Positions 12,075 to 20,000 of a stretch of 20,000 nt of DNA are shown piece by piece (the first letter of the stretch is position 1; each line of letters opens with the position of its first letter). Below the pieces are notes generated by a model. The model saw only the letters and a list, made by a program, of their open reading frames with translations. It was not told the DNA's origin and made no database searches. The stretch covers positions 114,144 through 134,143 of the forward strand of contig PNXW01019480.1 in NCBI GenBank assembly GCA_013265495.1, in the 5' to 3' direction. This DNA is from Vicugna vicugna (Eukaryota). The translations under genes were made by a program, and so were the position numbers.

Positions 12075-12280
12075 AATTATATTATGAATTTATATTATAA
12101 ATGATGGTAAAAACATGTAAACAAAGTTAGGTTTCTGTACTTCACTAAACTGGTAGAATGTTCCATGAGTGGATTGTGATACATGACATACATATACTTA
12201 TAGCACCTGTAGCAACCACTAAAAAAAGTCTATGAAAAGCTATGCACTCAGAAATGTTGTTGATAAATCAAAACAGAATT

Positions 12281-12639
12281 TGTCTTACTCCATGTGGGCT
12301 GCTATAACAAAATACCACAGACTAGGTAGCTTATAAACAACAGAAATTTGTTTCTCACAGTTCTGGAAGCTGAGAAGTCCAATATCAAGACATCAGTGTG
12401 GTCTCATTTGGTGAGGGCCCTCTTCCTGGTTTAGAGTGGGTACCTGCTCACTGTGTCCTCAAATGGTGGAAGGGGCTAGAGATCATTCTGGAGCCTCTGA
12501 GACACTAATTCCATTCAGGAGGGCTCCACTTTCATAACTAAAGCACCTCCCAAAAGCCCATCTCCTAAATCTATCATCTTTTGGGATTAAGATTTCAACA
12601 TACAAAGTTTCAAGGGACACAAACATTCAGACCATAGCA
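12281..12639 (-). mobile_element. MaLR solo LTR (MLT1A/MLT1A0-like) inserted in the L1 inter-ORF region
   Basis: TG...CA termini. The minus strand starts TGCTATGGTCTGAATGTTTGTGTCCC. It carries the hallmark gggctgctataacaaaataccacagact...ctcacagttctggaagctgagaagtccaa and is ~360 bp. The TSD is degenerate (gaatt/ttatt). Confidence 0.92.
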
Positions 12640-14939
12640 TTATTCTATGTAAAAGTTTAACCCACAGGAAGGCCTGAAAAAGAAAACAGAGAAATAAAAA
12701 ACAGAGGAAAAGCCCCATAAAACAAAAAACAAAAAAGGCAGACCTATTAAGCCCTAATATATCAACAACGAAAATCTATGTAAATGGTTTAAATACATCA
12801 ATTAAAAGACAGAGATTGGCAGAGTAGATAAACAAACATTACCAAATTATACACTGTTTATAAGAAGCTCAGTTCAAATATAAGGATAAAAGTAGGTTGA
12901 AAGTAAAAAGATGTTAAAATATATGTCATACAAATACTAATCAAAAGAGAGCAGGCGTGGTGGTATTAATAATAACATAGACTTCAGAACGAGGGTATAG
13001 AAGAACTCAATAGCATCAGCCAACAGGATCTAACTGATATAGAACATTCTACCCAACAACAACAGAATACACAAAACTCTGATGAAGAAATCAAAGAAGA
13101 TCAATAGAAGAGACATACTGTATTCAGGGATTAGAAGAATCGATGTAGAAAAGATGTTAATTCTCCCTAAATTGATACAAGTTGAGTGCACTTGATATCA
13201 AAATCACAGCAAGATGTTTTGCAGAGATAGATTATTCCAAAATATGTGGGAAAACAGAAGAACTATAATAATAGATAAAATAATTCTGAAAAAGAAAAAA
13301 TAAAATTCTGTGCAACTTCAAGACTATTGTATAGCTACAATAATCAAGACTATTGTGGCATTGATAGATGAATAAACACATAGACCAATGGGCCAAAACA
13401 GAGAACTCAGAAATAGCCTCACACAAGTATGACTGACCAACTGATTTTTAACAAAGTTGCAAAAATAATTCAATGGGTGGATTGTCTTTTAAACAAATAG
13501 TGCTGGGATGATTCGATGGATATTCGTAGCTCTGCCTCTTCCATTCCCCTAAATGAAAATTGACCTGGGCCTCACATCTCACTCAAAATTTAAATCCAAA
13601 TTTTGATAGACTTCCATATGAAAGTTAAAACCATAAAACTTTTAGAGTATAATATAGGATAAACTCTTCAGATCCTAGGATTTGTTCAAAAGGTCTTAGA
13701 AATGACACAAAACCCACAATCTTTAAAAGGAAAAAAAAATCAATATATTGGGCTGCCTCAAAAATTTGCCATGTGACTGTTAAGAATTTGAAAGCTACAC
13801 ACTGGGAGAGAATATTTGCAAGCCATATATCTGACAAAGGACTTGTACATAAAATATATAAATTCTCAAGGTTCAATGCTTTTTTAAAAGGACAGAAAAA
13901 TACCAAACAATTCAATTAGAAAATGGACAAAGGATATGAGGAAACATTTCACTGAAGAGGATATATTGATGGCAAATAAGCACGTGTTTAAAATGTTCAA
14001 CATCATTAGCCATTAGGGAAATGTAAAGTGGAACCACAATGAGTTATTATTTTACATTGATCAGAATGACTAAAAAATACAACAGATGCTGGCAAGGATT
14101 TGGAGAAAATCCACTCACACATTGTTGGTGGGAATGTAAAATGATACAATCACTCTGGGAAAGTTTGGCAAGTTTTTTACAAAACTAATATGTTCTTATT
14201 ACACAATCCAGCAATTGCACTCTTGGGCATTTATCCCAGAGAAATGAGAACTTACGTTCATAGAAAAAATTATACAAAAATGGTGATAGGAGCTTATTCT
14301 AAGAGCCCAAACTAGAAACCACCCAGATGTCCTTCAGTGGGTGAATGGTTAAACCACCTATGTATGGCACGTCTATACCATGGAATAGTACACAGCAATA
14401 AAAAGGGAAAACACAACTTGGGTGTATCTCACAGGTATTATGCTGAGTGAAAAAAGTCTCTCAAAATGTGACGTATTGTATGATTCTAATTTTATAACCT
14501 TCTTGAAATGTTAAAATTATATGATAGAGGGATAACCCATTCATGGCTCCCAAGGGTTAGAGATAGTGGAGGGAATGGCAGTGAGTGTGACTATAAAGGG
14601 GTAGTACAGGGAAATATTTGTGGTGATGGAATAGTTCTGTATCTTGATTGCTGTGGTAATTACTGTGGAAACCTCCACTTGTCATAAAGTGACATAAAAC
14701 TATACACACATGTTACGCCAATGTTGATTTCCTGGTTTTGCTGTTGTATTACAGTTACAAAGATGTGCCAATTGGGGGAAGCGGCTGAAGGATACATAGA
14801 ACTTCTCTGTATTATCTTTGCAATATTCTGTGTATCTATAATTAATTTAAAATTTTGTTTTAACATTTTAAAGTAGCACAATTAATACAATAATTTGCTA
14901 AGAGCTGCCAACCCAGCTGTATTTCAAAAATCATGCCAT

Positions 14940-15810
14940 AAATTTTAGCTGATTGGATCCCATTGCTGCCACCACTGAACACTGGATACCGGTTGCTGCC
15001 CTTGGCCCTGCTACCTATGCTGCTCCTAGAAACTGGATTTTTTTGTGGTTCCTCATCCCACTGCCACAGATAATGGCATTGAATTCCATCACGGCATCTT
15101 TGAAGCACTCTTTTCAGATCAAGTCTTAAGTTGGAATTATGACTGTGCAGTAAAAGACTTGACTGGGCAGGTCTGGGATGTTCAAACCCTGTGCATTCCA
15201 AAAAATTTCTGCATATTCCAAAGAAAGGCCCAGCTCTTGACAAGCTCCTGGGAGATAACCTCTAATCCTTTGGCATATAATGCCTGATGAAAGTTTTTTG
15301 CTCACCTGGGGCTTTGGGCCACATCAGATGGTTTATGTTAACAGTTTGATTTATAGTAGGGCCTTGAGCCTTGTGATGTTAGTTTGACCTCTGCACAGGC
15401 TGAAGAATAAGGTCAGCCACCTGGGTGTCCCATGCCTACCTGACTGACCTCCAGTAAAATTCCAGGCACCAAGGCTCAGGCGAGCTTTCCTGGTTGTCAC
15501 ACATCTTGCTGGGAGAATTAAGCACTGGCCATAAAACTCCACTGAGAGAGAAGCTCATCCTGGTCTCTCCTGGACTCTGTCCTATGTGCCTTTTAGCTTT
15601 GTGAATTTAAATCAGTGTCCTTTTATTGTAATAAACCGTAGCCATGAGTATAACACCTTTTCTGAGTTCTGTGAGTGCATCTAATGAGTCACTGAACCTG
15701 AGGATGGTCTTCAGGACCCCACCACAGTGGTAAATTCTAGATCACATTCTCTTAGCTGCTAAGAGAATGTGAAAGGGTGAATATCTGACCTTTGTGGCTC
15801 TTGCATTTGG
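14940..15810 (-). mobile_element. Ancient MLT1-type MaLR LTR remnant split by the 15144-15726 LTR
   Basis: ctagatcacattctcttagctgctaagagaatgtgaaagggtgaatatctg (15738-15788) resembles the old MLT1 block ctaggtcacatg...agctgcaagggaggctgggaaagtgagtatctg. The left portion is 14940-15143. Confidence 0.45.
15144..15726 (+). mobile_element. Solo LTR, MER77/MER21/MER68 group (ERVL-type)
   Basis: TGTGCAG...CCACA termini, ~580 bp. Family blocks ctcctgggagataacctctaa, ggtcagccacctggg and tgagttctgtgagt...actgaacctgagg. AATAAA at 15630-15635. Confidence 0.85.
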
Positions 15811-15834
15811 AACTGTTATGTAATATAGAGTATA

Positions 15835-15922
15835 CACATTGTATTACCTTACTGAAATGTAAAAAAAAAATTTGCAATACTTCTAGCCCTAAGGGATTTC
15901 AGTAAGCATCTGTAGGACTGTA
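15835..15922. mobile_element. Tigger/MER46C-like DNA transposon end
   Basis: atacttctagccctaagggatttcagtaagcatctgtaggactgTA resembles the MER46-family terminus ending in CTG plus a TA target site. Confidence 0.45.
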
Positions 15923-15929
15923 TAAAATG

Positions 15930-16760
15930 AAGTCCCCCAATAATCAAGACAAAGACAGACAACAAAAGAAAAATAGGTAAAAGATTTAACACAAGTGCTT
16001 TACAAAAGAAATCAAGTAGGTTCATTAATATATGAATATGTGTTCCATTACTTATCAGAAATATAAGTTAAAACCACAAGGAGATACCAATAAAATACAC
16101 ATCAGATTGGCAGAAAATTGGGAAAGTCTTATAACACCAAACACTGTAGAGTATGTCAGTCTTACTCCTGGACATCTGATGTCATGGGATTAAAAATGTT
16201 AAGCTTTAAAATACAAGGATATATGTACAAGTATTTAATTGCAATGTTGTTGGCATGTGCCCCCTTCCCCAAAAAACACCTGCAACTAAAATGAATGACC
16301 ATCAGTGAGGGAATAGTTAAATACATTGTAGTCCATCCCTATTGTGGAATATTATGCAGCAATGTAAAAGGATGAACAAGAGGTAGACTAGTATTAACTA
16401 AGAAAAATCAGACGCATTAAAGTATATATAATATCTTAACTTTTGTAAAACAATTTAAAAAGGACTTTTTGAATATGGACAGATAGAAAAATGGTTATTT
16501 GAAATGTATATCTGACAGATAAGGGTAGAGGTGAAAGAAAGGAGTGGGTAGCATTAAGTAAAAATGCAATTTATGGTATAATCCCACTATGTAAGAATAT
16601 ATATGCATAAAGTTATATGAAAAGGTAACATCAAAATCTTAATAGCAGTTATCTGAAGGTGGTGAGATTTGGAGTGGTGGTTACTTAATATCTAAAATAT
16701 TTAGGTAATATTTGAATTTTTAATGATGATATGCATTATTTATGTAATGAGGAAAAGTAA
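15930..16760 (+). mobile_element. Decayed L1ME-type 3' fragments (probably two)
   Basis: Blocks aaaaccacaaggagatacc...catcagattggcag, catcagtgagggaatagttaaatacattgtagtccatcc...tggaatattatgcagcaatg, and caaaatcttaatagcagttatct...ggtggtgagatt. Confidence 0.7.
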
Positions 16761-16784
16761 GTGAATTCATCACAGGAAAGAAAA

Positions 16785-17180
16785 AGGAATGCCTCTCGGG
16801 TTCTGCACTTAAGCAACAGGGTGGATGGTGAGATTCATTCGTTCATTAAACAGATATTTTTTCAGCATATAAAATATGCCAAGCATCATTTTAGGTGCTA
16901 GGGATACAGCAATGAATAAAGCAAACAAAAATCCATCTCCCTTAAAGGTTTTTATTCTAATGGAGAGAGAAGGTCATTACTAAAGGAGAAACACAATCCT
17001 TGGTGAGGAGGGAGATATACAAAGGAATCACTTCGGGACCCGTTAATTGTAAAAATACTGAGACCTATCCAATTGCAGAAATGAGGTAGGCAGTTGGATT
17101 ACGGATCTAGAATTCATAGATCAAGTCGAGACTGGAGATACAGATATGGGAGCAAAAAGCATATAAAATGGTGTTTCAGA
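16785..17180 (-). mobile_element. L2 fragments: an L2a-like 3' end (~16833-16968) within another L2 segment
   Basis: The L2 terminal (ATTC)n attcattcgttcattaaacagatattt...taggtgctagggatacagcaatgaataaa is flanked by cttaagcaacagggtggatggtg and gtaggcagttggat...ctggagatacagatatgggag. Confidence 0.75.
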
Positions 17181-18034
17181 CCTCCTTTCCTGAGTCTGAT
17201 CACGTCCCAGTGCAGACACTTTACAGAGGAAGGGCTGAGGAAAACAGGCAGCTGACAGAGGAGGTTGCTATGCAACAGATGAGGAAAGTCATCCAGCCAG
17301 GCAGAATTGATGTTGGCCCTTGGGGACCAAATGCTGCAGTTCCTCCTAGCATTAGCTTCCTTTCATATGTTGGCTCCTGGCAGGAGCCGATGCCAGAACA
17401 AATGTGAAATGTACAAAGATCTGCCCTGGATTTGGGGGAAGTGTCAGTTCAATTTGAGTCATTTCACATCTGTATATCATTTTCTGCCTTTTTGAGTCTC
17501 TCTAGTCATTCTGGGAGCACAGCAGCATATGTGTCCTAGGGTAGGACCCCAGTAAGTGCTTCTTTGGCTTCCCATTTTGCATATTGAGAAGCTGGGTTCA
17601 CACAGCTAGTGACACACTGGCCCAGCACTCCATCCCTGGGATTGAGGCCCAGCCCTGGAAGGAACCAGGGCAAACATTTACTCTGAATCAGGGCTTGTCA
17701 TGGCTCAGACACACAAGTGCCTGATTGTCCTGCCACTCTGGTGGGCACCAGAAATGCCTCAGGGGCAGCGTGTTTGTGCCACTCACAGCGAAGAAGCCTG
17801 ACAGTAGGAGCAGGGAGTGGACCCCAAGGGGTAACTCCTACACCTATGGACCCACATAGAGCAGGCTGGGGCTGGGGCCTCTCCCTGTGTCCTCCCAGAT
17901 GCAGAGCAAGAGCTTAGGTCTCAGAGGACACAAACCTTACTTGTTTGGACAGATGTTGACAGGGCAGGGGAGGTGGGGTGAATCTGTCGCTCAAACTGAA
18001 GAGGGGAGGGTGCCTCAGTCTCTGGGACCGGCAC

Positions 18035-18235
18035 GAGTGGAACGTGAGTTTTAGGATCTGGAAGATCCAGGTTCACAGTCTGCATTTTCTGTGTACTGGC
18101 TCTGTGGTCTTGTCTAGATCATGCAATGTGTCTGTGCCTCAGCGTCTTGATCTGTAAAATGGAGATGCTGACATTCACTTCCTAGGGCTGCTGCGAGAGG
18201 AAAACAAGCCCCAGCATAGATCGTGCTGTGAAGTA
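18035..18235 (+). mobile_element. MIR SINE
   Basis: Core tctgtgcctcagcgtcttgatctgtaaaatggagatg at ~18130-18167 with MIR-like flanks. Confidence 0.8.
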
Positions 18236-18756
18236 CAAGCTGTGCCTTCCCTCCCCTCCTCCCCACTTCCCCACACAAAATAAATAGCTGGAGCTGCACA
18301 AAGGGCAGGAAAGAAGCTAATGTTTATGAGTCTGGGTGCTGTTGGCGGGGGACGGGGGGGTGAAGGGGGAGAGTCATGCAGAATCACGTGGCATGCACAG
18401 ACTTTTTCTACCTCCAGTAATGATGTATTCTCTCTGGTCATTCCTTTGCCTGGGTCTCAAAGTAGAAGAGTTTATTTTTATAAGGAGCCTAGCACTTGTT
18501 GCAGTTAGAGACCTCCTTAATAGTGACCTAAGTGGTGCTAGACTAGGGGGTGGAGATGCATGCCAACCTGACAGGAGGGGCCACGAGAGGGGAGGGATAG
18601 AGCAGAGACGCATTGCGGAAAAGGTAGGGGGACGATGTGTGGGGAAGGGGGTGGGTAGAGGCTCAGCGCATTTGTTTGGGGGAGGGGATACAGAGGAAGG
18701 GGAGGGGCCGCTGTATACTGTCGACCTGGTTGGTGGTGGGGTGGTGTGTTGGCAAA

Positions 18757-18913
18757 GAGGCGGGACCGTTTCCCGCTGCACATGCGCACTACGGTCCCGG
18801 GGACGAAGCTTTTGTTGGGGAAGCGGGCGGGACTCTTATTTGGTCGGTCAGTTCTTGCGCATGCGTACAACCATCTGAGGCGGTGGGTGGTATATTAGGC
18901 CAAGAGGCGGGGT
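18757..18913 (+). promoter_or_regulatory. Proximal promoter motif cluster: two NRF1-like sites, three GC boxes and a weak TATA-like element
   Basis: NRF1-like TGCACATGCGCA (18777-18788) and TGCGCATGCGTA (18856-18867) each match YGCGCAYGCGCR at 11/12. GC boxes are GAGGCGGGAC (18757), GGGCGGGAC (18825) and GAGGCGGGGT (18904). TATATTA lies at 18891-18897. Confidence 0.7.
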
Positions 18914-18929
18914 CGTCCTAGCTGCCGCG

Positions 18930-19051
18930 CTGGCATTTTCTCCTGGACAAGGAGAGGGTGCGGCTGCTGAGAGCCGAGCACTGCAATCCCGATCCTCTGA
19001 GTCGTGAAGAAGGGAGGCAACGAGGGGGTTGGGGTTGGGGCCTGAGGCAAG
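18930..19051 (+). other. MAGED1: MAGED1 non-coding exon 1 (5'UTR); TSS position approximate
   Basis: Resembles the human MAGED1 5'UTR as I recall it (ggacaaggagagggtgcggctgctgagagccgag...ggggttggggcctgaggcaag). It ends at a canonical donor AAG|GTGAGA (19052), contains no ATG, and lies just downstream of the NRF1/GC-box cluster. Confidence 0.8.
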
Positions 19052-19576
19052 GTGAGAATTAGCCCCCAGACAGGGCATCTGCCCCCTGGTGCGGGCCCCC
19101 CATTTTTCATCCCGATCCCTTTACCCCGGATTCTGATCCCTCTTCCACTCCCCGAACCCCGATTCATACCCCTCACCCGATCCTCCCTTATTCAGAATCC
19201 CTGTTCGCTCTCTGAACCCCTCCCATCGTACAAAATCTCTACAGATTTCTCGACCTCGATCTGTACTGTTATACGATTCCTTCTGATTCGAAAACTCCAT
19301 TCAATTTCCCAAATGCGAATCCCAACGCAATCCGCCTGGATTCAGAACTCATCGGCTTTCCGAACCCCGATTTGAAGCTTCTCCCCGTTGTAGCTTCTCG
19401 GGATTCAGAACATCCATCCGGACACCCATTCACTTTTCCCACTCGGATCTGGCCCGTTCTCCTCACATTCAGCACCTCATCCGTCCCCACAATGAAACCT
19501 CAAACACCACCATCCTCCCAAAATTCGTTTCTTCGCATTTGCCCTCTGGAGTATAACGCCCAACTCCACCCCCCAG

Positions 19577-19650
19577 GCTCTGCTCTTGCCAGAGGGACAA
19601 GAACCATGGCTCAGAAAATGGACTGTGGTGCGGGCCTCCTCGGCTTCCAG
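19577..19650 (+). other. MAGED1: MAGED1 exon 2 (short 5'UTR plus 15 codons)
   Basis: Acceptor ctccaccccccAG|gctc (AG at 19575-19576) and donor GTGAGA at 19651. The exact 5' boundary is inferred. Confidence 0.8.
19606..19650 (+). CDS. MAGED1: MAGED1 (NRAGE/Dlxin-1) first coding segment in exon 2; the rest of the CDS lies beyond the window
   Basis: Translates to MAQKMDCGAGLLGFQ, which I recognise as the MAGED1 N-terminus. The start context is strong Kozak (gaaccATGG, ATG at 19606). It is followed by a phase-0 donor CAG|GTGAGA at 19651. Confidence 0.95.
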
Positions 19651-19934
19651 GTGAGATCTCCACTTCCCACCCCACCATTTCCCTAGCCGACAGTTTCTCC
19701 CCCTGCTCCCCACCACCACCCTCTTTGGCTGTCCAAACGCCTGGATCCGATTTGGCTTTCTAGGTGCCTAGATCCCGTCATTTTTCCAAATTCCCATGGC
19801 TTCTTAAGGGGGGCGGGAGGGTCGCGTCCCTTTCCAGCCCTCAGTCCCTGCTCAGAGAAAAGGGAGACCCTGTTAGTAGTCAGGGCAATCTGCCCAGATA
19901 ATGCGGGTTGGGTAAGGAACCATTTTTTTCCTAT

Positions 19935-20000
19935 AGTCCTGATGCTTGTAGAGCTCTCTGCCGCCCCCTCCCCCAACCTCCCGCCTCCCCCCTCCCTTTC
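19935..20000 (+). other. MAGED1: Orthologue of the human MAGED1 long-isoform cassette exon (partial, runs off the window)
   Basis: The frame from 19938 reads PDACRALCRPLPQPPASPLPF, against my recollection of the human insert NPDACRAVCHPLPQPPASTLPL. It is preceded by the pyrimidine tract tttttttcctatag. Confidence 0.7.

Larger units (their letters stand above)
10071..14858 (+). mobile_element. L1MC-like LINE-1 with 5'UTR, ORF1, internally deleted ORF2 and 3'UTR; inactive
   Basis: ORF 11402-11848 is ORF1p RRM/CTD-like (KRSNIGVI, ENFPNL, IQEAEQT, TPRHIIFKLLK, IYPMKIFF, EIKTFSE). The endonuclease start is at ~12780 (tgtaaatggtttaaatacatcaattaaaagacagagattggcagag). Post-RT ORF2 covers ~13070-14400. 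The L1MC-type 3'UTR runs to ~14855. There are many stops and frameshifts. Confidence 0.9.
18600..19850. promoter_or_regulatory. CpG island / MAGED1 promoter region
   Basis: Abrupt rise in GC content and CpG density compared with the CpG-depleted upstream 18 kb. It spans exons 1-2. Confidence 0.85.

Noticed and set aside
17168..17495. ORFs of 79 and 62 aa upstream of the promoter
   Set aside because: No recognisable homology and no convincing exon structure; the start overlaps an L2 remnant.
18481..18545. Short inverted repeats (taaggag/ctcctta, ctagcac/gtgctag)
   Set aside because: 7-bp stems are expected by chance, and the two pairings are crossed rather than nested.
18320..19490. Many overlapping ORFs of 60-180 aa on both strands
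   Set aside because: Expected in GC-rich, stop-poor CpG-island DNA. The translations are low-complexity Gly/Pro/Arg with no recognisable domain, and several start at non-ATG codons.
19372..19686. 104-aa ORF as an N-terminally extended MAGED1
   Set aside because: It starts at TTG in intron 1 and reads through the exon-2 donor. Only 19606-19650 is supported as coding.
1..20000. Prokaryotic systems (CRISPR, operons, defence islands) or an intact autonomous retroelement
   Set aside because: The sequence is mammalian. There is no repeat-spacer array, and all L1/ERV coding remnants are interrupted or truncated.

Overview
This is mammalian genomic DNA, not microbial. A tRNA-Ala-derived SINE of the camelid vic-1 type points to a camel, alpaca or llama, and the gene present is X-linked in other mammals. 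Roughly 1-18,250 is a dense, nested field of decayed transposons: several LINE-1 fragments of different ages (including a ~4.8 kb L1MC-like copy lacking its RT core), solo LTRs, L2, MIR, one DNA-transposon remnant and simple repeats. Roughly 18,350-20,000 is the CpG-island promoter and 5' end of MAGED1 (NRAGE) on the + strand: non-coding exon 1 (donor at 19052) and exon 2 carrying the start codon (19606, MAQKMDCGAGLLGFQ). At the very end is the apparent orthologue of the human long-isoform cassette exon. I found no new multi-gene system. The most interesting signals are apparent splice-acceptor changes in MAGED1: the only AG at the cassette exon is shifted by 2 nt and would give an immediate stop, and the exon-2 acceptor may be shifted by 7 nt. 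Comparisons with human and repeat subfamily names come from memory and need checking by alignment.
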